From the NCBI GenBank assembly GCA_038204695.1, contig JBBRCR010000002.1:1300-65299 (forward strand): a DNA stretch of 64,000 nucleotides. The letters are read 5' to 3'. Made by a program: the position numbers and the translations under genes. The notes beneath the pieces were generated by a model, which saw nothing but the letters and a program-made list of their open reading frames with translations, did no database searches and was not told the DNA's origin. Positions 29,898 to 37,302 of this stretch are shown piece after piece. Position 1 is the stretch's first letter. Each line of letters starts with the position of its first letter. This DNA is from Opitutales bacterium. Lineage in GTDB: Bacteria > Verrucomicrobiota > Verrucomicrobiia > Opitutales > Opitutaceae.

Positions 29898-30143
29898 ATG
29901 CCCAATGCGTCGAAGATCCGGACCGCCCTGCTAAACCCGGCGAAGGACTACAATCACCGCTTCGGCGATGTTCTGTTCTTCCTCGAAAGCACCGGCTGGA
30001 AAATGCGCATGACGGGCAGTCATCACATTTTCACCCGGGCCGGTTTGTCGGTCCTCCTCAACCTTCAGCCCGAAAAGAACGGGCGCGCGAAAGCCTACCA
30101 GATACGCCAGGTGCGCGCCGTGCTCAAAACCCACAACCTCTAA
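29898..30143 (+). CDS. hicA: HicA family toxin
   Basis: 81 aa; TGSHHIF (GSH motif) and AKAYQIRQV. Confidence 0.88.
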   Translation: MPNASKIRTALLNPAKDYNHRFGDVLFFLESTGWKMRMTGSHHIFTRAGLSVLLNLQPEKNGRAKAYQIRQVRAVLKTHNL

Positions 30144-30147
30144 GCCC

Positions 30148-30549
30148 ATGCGTTCCCGTTCCATCAAGGATTACGAAGTGTCGCTCTACTACGATTCGCG
30201 CGCCGGCTACTACGTCGCGGAGATTCCGAGCATTCCGACGTGCGCGGCAGATGGCCCGACGCCGGCGGCCGCCATCGCTGCGCTGGAAACAACCTTTGCC
30301 GTAATGAAGGAAGCCTACGCGGAGGAAAAGCTGTCGCTGCCCGAGCCGACTGCGGCTTTGCCCGTGGAAGTGCTCAGCCGCGCCTCCGAGGTGCTGAACA
30401 TGTCCCAAGTGGCACAGCGCGCCGGAATATCGCCGCAAACGCTCGCGAGCAAGCTACAGCGCCTCACGCCTCTGAAACCGAGCGAGGCGCGCGCCATCTC
30501 CAGGGCGCTCAGTCAGTCCGGCGTGCGCGTAATTGCGAAAGCAAGCTGA
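30148..30549 (+). CDS. hicB: HicB family antitoxin with C-terminal HTH
   Basis: YVAEIPSIPTCAADGPTPAAAI...LPEP, then HTH LNMSQVAQRAGISPQTL. Confidence 0.87.
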   Translation: MRSRSIKDYEVSLYYDSRAGYYVAEIPSIPTCAADGPTPAAAIAALETTFAVMKEAYAEEKLSLPEPTAALPVEVLSRASEVLNMSQVAQRAGISPQTLASKLQRLTPLKPSEARAISRALSQSGVRVIAKAS

Positions 30550-30661
30550 ACCCCAGGGAGCGTCACCAAACACACCGCGCTTCAGCTCTTCTGTAGGTCA
30601 GTCGGCGCGCCCCGTATTCGACCGTCGCCTCCGCGCGCTCCTTCAGGCACCGAATATTGAT

Positions 30662-30681
30662 ATTGTTTGCCGGCGAACAAA
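30662..30681. repeat. Palindromic site, copy 1
   Basis: ATTGTTTGCCGGCGAACAAA. Confidence 0.7.
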
Positions 30682-31336
30682 GGTCCCCGCGAAACGTCTC
30701 CTTCCGAGCGACTCTCCAACGCGCGACGCGAAGCGTCGCGATGTGCGTCCGAACCGTCCGGCGTCTGAGTCGCTCGGCGGAGGTTACCAAGCCCGCGCGC
30801 TCCGAGGTGTCTGAGCACGCCCGGGACCGTCGTTCGGTAGCGGTTGTCCCCAGCGCCCGTCCCTGGCTGGAGCGACGCCCGGCCCGTGCGAGTTCGCGCA
30901 AATCCGCGATGGCATCGGCTGTAAGGCATCGGCATCCGGAGCGGACCGCGCCAGCGTCGCCAGGCGGGCCCGGCACCCTCACCGATTGCGGTGCCTGGGC
31001 ACAGGAATCGCCGCGAGGAAAACTCGCAGCAGTGCCTCAACTCGTTCCGGATTGGTCCGGACGCGATTCGCGTATGCGGCAACGCTCTCGCCTTTGCTTT
31101 CACGAGCTCCTTGCGTGTAGCGTAAAGCGTAATAGCCACGCGCTCGGTTTCGCCAGATTTATTATGCAAATTAATATTCAGCGTGTAATTTTTCATCGTT
31201 AAAGAGGGCCGCGCACCACGAGCCTTCATAAGGTGCGCGCCTATTAAGGGTGGCGTCCGAAAAAATGTTGTTTCACCGCTGCCACGACAAAGCGCCGCTC
31301 TCTGGCAAGCGTCCGGAACTCGCACTGCGCCTTCAA

Positions 31337-31356
31337 ATTGTTCGCCGGCGAACAAA
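31337..31356. repeat. Palindromic site, copy 2 (perfect 18-bp dyad)
   Basis: ATTGTTCGCCGGCGAACAAA. Confidence 0.7.
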
Positions 31357-31391
31357 CCGGCTTACTGGCGAAACTGATCCACTTGCCCTTG

Positions 31392-31715
31392 TTAGACATG
31401 GGGCTCCTCCTGCAGCTCGGTCCACGGGTGAAACGCCTCAAGGTCTGCAATCGTTTGCGACCAGCTGCCGCGGAAACAGAGCGCCTTGTCGTCAATGTAG
31501 ACGTTGGCCCAAATCTTCGTCGCCGGCTACGCCCGCCGAAAAGTCCGAACATCTCATGGCTGTTGAGCCATTTCGCCACGGCCTTGCGCCCCGCTACCGT
31601 CCGCGCACGCGTGGTGTGAATGACAACCGTCGCGCGCCCGAGAAACTGCATGAGGGCCGCATGCGCGCCTGGCACCGGCTCCCCCTCGATTATTTCCACG
31701 GCCGCAAGCCGTCCA
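31392..31715 (-). pseudogene. 5'-truncated, frameshifted HAD-superfamily phosphatase-like gene (phage type)
   Basis: GEPVPGA...VVIHTTR...WL, then in another frame TKIWANVYIDDKALCFRGSW; the N-terminal DxD motif is absent. Confidence 0.55.
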
Positions 31716-31969
31716 TCGGTTACGATCCGGAATACAAGCCGGTCGTCCGCGCTGTGGAGGAATATCTAAAAGGAAAACTCAAGGATCCCGACTCGTTGCG
31801 TTTCGTGGAGTTTACCAATCCCAGCACGCGCGAGGTGGACGGACAGAAAGGTTGGATCGTCGTGGAGAAATACCGCGCGAAAAACTCATTCGGGGGTTAC
31901 GTGATTGAAGAGGAAATCGCTCTCATTCGAGACGAGCGCGTCGTTATCTGGAAAACGCCCGGGCGCTGA
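31715..31969 (+). pseudogene. 5'-truncated fragment of a hypothetical protein (LKDPDS...AKNSFGGY type)
   Basis: YLKGKLKDPDSLRF...YRAKNSFGGYV reads as real coding sequence but has no credible start. Confidence 0.5.
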
Positions 31970-32010
31970 CTCCTCGAAAAGCGCATAAAAAAAGATGCAA
32001 TTTTTCTTGC

Positions 32011-32038
32011 GCGAGTGCATAAAATAGTATGCACTTGC
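32011..32038. promoter_or_regulatory. Putative HicB operator palindrome
   Basis: GCGAGTGCATA-N6-TATGCACTTGC dyad (10/11 match) immediately before the hicA2 ATG. Confidence 0.65.
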
Positions 32039-32042
32039 GTCC

Positions 32043-32285
32043 ATGAACAAAGCGGAGAAACTGAAAGCAAAGTTGCTCGCAGGGCAGGGTTTTCATAATT
32101 TCTCCTTTTCCAATCTGGTGTTCCTGCTCGAAAGCCTCGGCTTCGTGATGCGCATCAACGGCAGTCACCACTGGTTCACGCGTCCCGACATTCCCGACGC
32201 AATCAACGTCCAACCGCGAAAAGGACAGGCCAAAGCCTACCAACTCCGGCAAGTCCGCGCCATCATCAAAGCGCACAACCTATGA
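32043..32285 (+). CDS. hicA: HicA family toxin (second copy)
   Basis: NGSHHWF and AKAYQLRQV; paralogue of 29898-30143. Confidence 0.88.
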   Translation: MNKAEKLKAKLLAGQGFHNFSFSNLVFLLESLGFVMRINGSHHWFTRPDIPDAINVQPRKGQAKAYQLRQVRAIIKAHNL

Positions 32286-32686
32286 AAAAGAAAAAACAAA
32301 TGGCGGGGTTCCCCATCATCATCGAGTGGAGCGAGGAAGACGCTTGCTTCGTCGCGCACACTCCCGCGATCAAATATTGCACCGCGCTCGGCGACACCTA
32401 CGAGGAAGCTGCGCGCGAAATGCACTCAGCCATTGAAGGCTGGCTGGAAATCGCGCGCGAACGCGGAACACCGATTCCGGCGCCCGGGCCTACGATTGCT
32501 GAGCTCACCGACGTGGCTCCCTTGCTTAATGTGAAGGAAATCGCGCGGCGCTCCGGCATCTCGGAACAGACGCTTTACGCAAAAGTGCGTCGCGGCTCCC
32601 CGCTGCGCCCGGAGGAATCCAGTGCTATCGCGATCACGCTCTCCCATGCCGGCGTGCACCTGTTCGCGGAGAAGAAAGCGAGCTAA
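32282..32686 (+). CDS. hicB: HicB family antitoxin with HTH (second copy)
   Basis: IEWSEEDACFVA...CTALGDTYEEA...IPAP plus HTH; ATGA overlap with hicA2. Confidence 0.88.
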   Translation: MKKKKQMAGFPIIIEWSEEDACFVAHTPAIKYCTALGDTYEEAAREMHSAIEGWLEIARERGTPIPAPGPTIAELTDVAPLLNVKEIARRSGISEQTLYAKVRRGSPLRPEESSAIAITLSHAGVHLFAEKKAS

Positions 32687-32724
32687 CCCGGTTCACAGCC
32701 AAAACGCGTTCACCCTCTAATCAC

Positions 32725-32935
32725 ATGAAGAAAGCCGCCTTCAAGGAATTGCTCCAGGGCGTCCGCGAAGCGGGCGCATACCTGCGCGGCGGCAAGAGTG
32801 GCGTCGCGCGTGTCGATCACATCGAATTCGTCCTCGGCTACGCGGTGAAAATCGAGTGGAGCGACGAGGATCGTTGCTACGTCGCGCACGCCATCGCGTT
32901 CAAATATTGCTCCGCGCACGGCGATACCCAGGCCA
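32725..32935 (+). pseudogene. Chimeric remnant: N-terminus of an HTH antitoxin-type gene fused to a third hicB fragment
   Basis: MKKAAFKELLQGVREAGAYLRG... then IEWSDEDRCYVAH...KYCSAHGDT; 32851-32930 aligns with hicB2 32321-32400. Confidence 0.6.
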
Positions 32936-32949
32936 GGAAATCGGCAGGC

Positions 32950-33093
32950 GCGCTGCGGGTAGGAGGCCAGGATCTGCTCTTGGCTTTCGCCGGCAGCCAT
33001 CTTCTGCAGCAGCAGATAAACGGGGATGCGCGTGCCCTTGATGCAGGGTTTGCCCCGCAACACCTCGGGCCGAATTTCAATTCGCGCGGGCAT
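32950..33093 (-). pseudogene. Truncated DUF433 (VapB45-type antitoxin) gene
   Basis: MPARIEIRPEVLRGKPCIKGTRIPVYLLLQKMAAGESQEQILASYPQ; C-terminal helix missing. Confidence 0.75.
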
Positions 33094-33117
33094 TTGCATC
33101 ACTTTGAAGCTGCCGCC

Positions 33118-33440
33118 GGACGATATTTTTGCTACGCTCAGCGTGAAGCTGCCCGCATTGGTGAGCGAGGCGCGGAAGGTCGTCGAAAAAGTCGGCGCGT
33201 TGCTGTCCGATCCTTCGCCTCCCGATCTCGTGTTGAACCGGCACTGCGCCGAGTGCGAATTCCAAGCCCGCTGCCGGAAGAAGGCGGTCGAGAAAGACGA
33301 TCTCAGTCTGCTCCGGTATCTCATTCTCCTGAGCCTCTGCCAGACCTGCAAATACTCGGGCGTGGACTTCCTCGATTTCCTGCGCTCGGGCGAGAAAGAC
33401 ATTCACTCCTTCGCGGAGAGTCGGCGAAAGCGCCGATCCG
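33118..33440 (+). pseudogene. Internally deleted remnant resembling a TM0106-type RecB-like nuclease / IS66-transposase fusion gene
   Basis: PPDLVLNRHCAECEFQARCRKKAVEKDDLSLL joined directly to YLILLSLCQTCKYSGVDFLDFL (IS66 C-terminal-like); recognised from memory of the family. Confidence 0.55.
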
Positions 33441-33588
33441 CTGGAACGATACCGCCGCCGACACTCATCACCGACCGCGCCGCGCCGCATGCGACCAGTG
33501 GTGACGCGGCACCATTGTGAGTTCGTCCTGCGCTCCCGAAAAATCGGAGGCTTGTCCGCTCGCACTTTTCGTTGCAACGTCGCCTCAC

Positions 33589-34200
33589 ATGTGCGCCAAG
33601 AAAACTTCCGGGCCAAAATCCGCAGCCCTCGCGCCGCACCTCCAGCTCAAGATCACGCTGCAAGGGTCGCGCCCCGCGATCTGGCGGCGTGTTGTCGTGC
33701 CGGCGGACATGACACTCGACCGGCTGCACGACGTCATCCAGATCGCGATGGGATGGACGAATTCGCACCTGCACCAATTCATCGGCGAGGGCGGCCGGTT
33801 CGACGGCGGCGCGTTTCGCGAACGCGATCCAGATATGGACGAGCTCGATGATGACGCGGCCAGCGAAAGAGACCACACCGTGGCGGATGTCGCCCCACGG
33901 CCGAAAAGCAAATTCGTTTACGAATACGACTTCGGCGACGGCTGGCTGCACGATGTGACCGTGGAAAAGGTCCTCGCGCCCGACCCAGCATTCCAACACC
34001 CAGTCTGCCTCGCCGGTCAACATGCGTGCCCGCCCGAAGATTGTGGCGGCATCGGTGGATATTGCGAAATGCTAAAGCGTCTGGCCAATCCGAAGCGACC
34101 CGAGCACGAGCAGACGAAAGAATGGCTCGGCGCCGACTGGATCGCCGCGCGGCTCGATATTGGCCGAGTTAACGCGGCCCTGAAGCGGTTCAAGCGGTAG
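33589..34200 (+). CDS. pRiA4b ORF-3 family protein
   Basis: QLKITLQGSRPAIWRRVVVP, LHDVIQIAMGWTNSHLHQF, YEYDFGDGWLH and ACPPEDCGG. Confidence 0.9.
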   Translation: MCAKKTSGPKSAALAPHLQLKITLQGSRPAIWRRVVVPADMTLDRLHDVIQIAMGWTNSHLHQFIGEGGRFDGGAFRERDPDMDELDDDAASERDHTVADVAPRPKSKFVYEYDFGDGWLHDVTVEKVLAPDPAFQHPVCLAGQHACPPEDCGGIGGYCEMLKRLANPKRPEHEQTKEWLGADWIAARLDIGRVNAALKRFKR

Positions 34201-34225
34201 CGTTCTTCAACCGCATTTCTGAACG

Positions 34226-34621
34226 TCACGGCAGGACAACCGCCCCAGGGATCCCCGTGTCGAGGGTGGCGAGTTGGGCACCGTGTTTTCTTGCGAGCTC
34301 GAGGAGGTGCCCATCGGTGAGCCGGCTTGGAGTTCGGGCGAACCCCGGCATTTGGTCTGCTCCCAAATCGTCGCTGAGGAGCTCGATGCGAACCGAACTG
34401 GACGACTTCAGGCTCGCGAGCGCCTTGCGCGCGGCGGGCACATCGGCTTGCAGCGAGGTTTGGACGGTCACACGGACAAATCCCAACTCGGTGATGGCAC
34501 ACGTGCACAGTGCGGTCGCCTTGCCCTGAACGGACTGAAACCACGCGATGGCTCTCGCATGGTGAACGTGCGACGTGTGTCCGAGCGCGATGAGCGCGTT
34601 GGTATCGAGGAGGTATTTCAC
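34226..34621 (-). CDS. vapC: PIN-domain toxin (VapC)
   Basis: YLLDTNALIAL, ITELGFVR, TDGHLL and LATLD. Confidence 0.88.
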   Translation of the reverse strand: MKYLLDTNALIALGHTSHVHHARAIAWFQSVQGKATALCTCAITELGFVRVTVQTSLQADVPAARKALASLKSSSSVRIELLSDDLGADQMPGFARTPSRLTDGHLLELARKHGAQLATLDTGIPGAVVLP

Positions 34622-34875
34622 GGAAACTCCGCGAGCGCGGCGCGAACCTGCTCGCTGGTGACGACCGGCCCGCCCGGTGGCCCTTGGGTCACCATCAGCC
34701 TGGTTGCCGTGTCACGGACGAGCCGGGCGTTCCCGGAACGCGACGTCTTCGGTGTCAGCACAATCGAACCACGCGCCAGACGACACGCGAATTTCGTGCC
34801 TGGTCGAAGCGCCAGTTTCTGGCGCACCCGTTGCGGCAGCACAATCTGGCCCTTGCTCGAGAGCGTGGTTTCCAT
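34618..34875 (-). CDS. vapB: AbrB/MazE/SpoVT-type antitoxin (VapB)
   Basis: METTLSSKGQIVLPQRVRQKLALRPG; 4-nt overlap with the PIN gene. Confidence 0.88.
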   Translation of the reverse strand: METTLSSKGQIVLPQRVRQKLALRPGTKFACRLARGSIVLTPKTSRSGNARLVRDTATRLMVTQGPPGGPVVTSEQVRAALAEFP

Positions 34876-35131
34876 GACTTACCGTCTTACCAACATACCC
34901 GAAGTCAACCCCGCTCACCTAAATGCAGTCGTCTCGCAGGGCGGTGTTATTCATGGAGGGCCGCCTCTGCGCGGCGGCGGACGAAGCGGAGGTCATCCCT
35001 CCAAACCGGGGGCGACTTCGCGATTCTCAAAACCTTCGTCTTCCCGGAGTCGGAACGCGCCAAAAGTGCTAAACGTCACCTCACCAGCCCGCGGCCGGCG
35101 GGAGAGCCGAAGCGCAGGAAGAACTCGGCCG

Positions 35132-35434
35132 TCAAGCCTGCTCCACGTCTTGGACGCGCTCGTGCCAGCGCAATGCACTCGAGGTATCTCTCGCGGCGCC
35201 GGCGGCCAGGAAGGCCACGCGCGCAGATTCCACCGTGTGGCACAGCCGCCATGAGCGTTCCGCGTGCTTCAGCGCGCCGGGCCAGTCGCCGTCGGTTAAC
35301 GCCGCGCGCGCCGCGCCGAGTCGCGACGCTGCGGCCTCCACGATCTCGTGCAGGCGCGATAAATCGCAGCCGCAGCGCTGGCATGCGGCCTCGGTCTGGT
35401 TCGCTTTGTTGCAGGCCGGACAAACGATCGCCAT
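35132..35434 (-). CDS. Zinc-ribbon + TPR-like small protein
   Basis: CPAC...CQRC followed by the helical segment ARAALTDGDWPGALKHAERSWRL; starts 3 nt after the dnaK-like stop. Confidence 0.75.
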   Translation of the reverse strand: MAIVCPACNKANQTEAACQRCGCDLSRLHEIVEAAASRLGAARAALTDGDWPGALKHAERSWRLCHTVESARVAFLAAGAARDTSSALRWHERVQDVEQA

Positions 35435-35437
35435 CGC

Positions 35438-37210
35438 TCAGTCCTCCAGATAAAAGATCAAATCCGAGAGCGCGTCGTTCTTCGCGCCGAGCGTCGTCCA
35501 GTCGCTTTCCTTGATCGCGGCAGCACTCTGGTGGATCATCTCGCGGATTTCGTTCGCGTCGTCGGGGCTCAGGTTTTTCTGCAGCAACGCCTCGCCGCGT
35601 TTCCGCAGGTCTTTCGCGGTGTTGAGCAGCTCGCGGTTGTCGACGGCCGCCGGTTCGACGTCGGTCGTCGTGTCCGCATCGACGACGTCGTCGACCTCGC
35701 CCGCTTCCTCCCGAGCCGGCTCGCCGACGAGCGCGGCGATGTTGCGGCGGGCCTCGTCGAGATTGATGACGTGCTGGCCGCGGGTATCGAGCGTCACGCT
35801 TTTCGCGAGACCGCTGATCTTTTCCGTGGCGGTGACTTTCAGCATCCCGTTCAGGTCGAGATCGAAGTGGATGACGATGGGGTTGAAGGCGGGGACTTTG
35901 CTCAGCCCTTCGACCATGAAGTCGCCGATGAACGTATTTTCCTCCGGGATGTCGGCCTCGCCCTGATACACCTCCACCTTGGTCTTCTCCTGATTGTCGA
36001 CCATCGTGAAAACCATTTCGGACTTGCTCGCGGGCAGCGGCGTGTTGCGCGGAATGATCGGCACGCAGACCACTTCATCGTAGCCGCGACGCAGGCTGAT
36101 GGCGGTCGTGTTCCAGGTGTGTGGCGTAATGTCCACGAGGATACTGTGGCGTTTCTCGCCGGCGATGACGCCGCCCTGGATGCTCGCGCCCATCGCCACG
36201 ATGAGGTCGGGGTTGATCTCGAAACGCGGGTCGAGGCGCAGGCGGTTGCGGAGCAGGTTGTGCACGAGCGGCGTGCGCGTGGCGCCGCCGACGAGCATGA
36301 CCTTGGCGATGTCTTTCGGGCCGAGCTTCGCATCGTTGAGCGAGCGATGGCAGCAATCGAGTGTGCGCTCCAGCAGCGGGAGGATGAGCCGCTCGTAATC
36401 ATCGCGCAGCAGCTCCATTTCGAGGTGGCGCTGGCCGTCGATGTATTCCTCGCGGATCGAGACGAATGGCTCGTCGGAGAGCGTGCGCTTGGCGCGCTCC
36501 ATGACGACTTTCAGCCGGCGGAGCGTTTTGGTATCCTGGTGCAAATCGACGCCGTGCTGTTGCTTGAACGCGGCCGCGGCGTGCTCGACGAGCAGGTCGT
36601 CGAAATCGTCGCCGCCGAGGCGCACGTCGCCGTGGCTCGACTTCACTTCCACCACGCCCTGTTCGACGACCACGACGCTCACGTCGAACGTGCCGCCGCC
36701 CAGATCGTAGACGAGCATCGTCTCGCCCTCCTGCACCCCGGCGCCGTAAGCGAGCGCGGCGGCCGTAGGTTCATTGATGATACGCACGACCTCGAGGCCG
36801 GCGAGATCGCCGGCGACCTGCGTGGCCTTGCGCTGACGCTCGCTGAAGAACGCCGGCACGGTGATGACGGCCTTCCGAATCGGCTGGCCGAGCTCACGTT
36901 CGCCCTCCCGCTTCAGCTCGCGCAGGATGAACGACGAGATTTCCTCGGGCGAAAACTGCTGGTCGCCCAGCGCGACCTTCACGTCCTCGCCCATCTTGCG
37001 TTTGATGGAGAGAACCGTGTGGTCGGGTGCGGCGATGAGCTGGTTGCGCGCCGTCTGGCCGACGATCAGCTTCCCATTGGAGTCAAGGCCCACGCACGAG
37101 GGCATGATGGGATTACCGTGAATGGGGACGACGCGAACCTTTTCGCCCTGGATGACGGCGAGCTCGGAGTTGGTCGTGCCAAGGTCGATGCCGACGATGA
37201 GATCGTTCTT
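35438..37210 (-). CDS. Accessory Hsp70/DnaK-family protein (expected start codon reads AAG)
   Basis: GIDLGTTNS (in frame, upstream of the ORF-track start), AVITVPAFF, IINEPTAAALAYG, YDLGGGTFDVS, LGGDDFD, LVGGATRTP, IIPRNTPLP, DNQ and FDLDLNGMLKV. Confidence 0.9.
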   Translation of the reverse strand, partial: KNDLIVGIDLGTTNSELAVIQGEKVRVVPIHGNPIMPSCVGLDSNGKLIVGQTARNQLIAAPDHTVLSIKRKMGEDVKVALGDQQFSPEEISSFILRELKREGERELGQPIRKAVITVPAFFSERQRKATQVAGDLAGLEVVRIINEPTAAALAYGAGVQEGETMLVYDLGGGTFDVSVVVVEQGVVEVKSSHGDVRLGGDDFDDLLVEHAAAAFKQQHGVDLHQDTKTLRRLKVVMERAKRTLSDEPFVSIREEYIDGQRHLEMELLRDDYERLILPLLERTLDCCHRSLNDAKLGPKDIAKVMLVGGATRTPLVHNLLRNRLRLDPRFEINPDLIVAMGASIQGGVIAGEKRHSILVDITPHTWNTTAISLRRGYDEVVCVPIIPRNTPLPASKSEMVFTMVDNQEKTKVEVYQGEADIPEENTFIGDFMVEGLSKVPAFNPIVIHFDLDLNGMLKVTATEKISGLAKSVTLDTRGQHVINLDEARRNIAALVGEPAREEAGEVDDVVDADTTTDVEPAAVDNRELLNTAKDLRKRGEALLQKNLSPDDANEIREMIHQSAAAIKESDWTTLGAKNDALSDLIFYLED

Positions 37211-37211
37211 G

Positions 37212-37280
37212 GAGTGAGCGTGAGAGTTAGAGTTAGAGTGAGAGTGGGAGTGAGGGAAGTAATCAGTTATCAGTAATCAG
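37212..37280. repeat. Hexamer (GAGTGA/GAGTTA) and heptamer (GTWATCA) tandem repeats
   Basis: gagtga gcgtga gagtta gagtta gagtga gagtgg gagtga, then gtaatca gttatca gtaatca. Confidence 0.8.
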
Positions 37281-37302
37281 CGGTCCGTGGTCTCTTGCCG
37301 CT

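Noticed and set aside
30563-31202. Several overlapping ORFs in the island interior
   Set aside because: No recognisable motifs and conflicting frames; MKNYTLNINL... (start 31196, minus strand) may be a real 5' end but cannot be supported.
31338-31355. LexA (SOS) box assignment for the palindrome
   Set aside because: Spacer is 6 nt rather than the 4 nt of the reported TGTTC-N4-GAACA motif; kept only as an unassigned dyad.
29521-33520. CRISPR-like or cassette array explanation for the repeats and fragment mosaic
   Set aside because: No regularly spaced direct repeats, cas genes or attC-like sites separate the fragments.
35055-35075. AGTGCTAA, resembling half of a CIRCE element
   Set aside because: No matching left arm, and it lies downstream rather than upstream of the Hsp70 operon.
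34226-35434. vapBC as part of the Hsp70 operon (toxin-antitoxin-chaperone-like module)
   Set aside because: Co-oriented, but separated by ~255 bp and the antitoxin has no obvious chaperone-addiction extension; cannot be supported without synteny data.
35531-37276. 581-aa ORF on the + strand
   Set aside because: Antisense shadow of the DnaK-like gene; long antisense ORFs are common opposite hsp70 and other high-GC genes, and it has no recognisable motifs.
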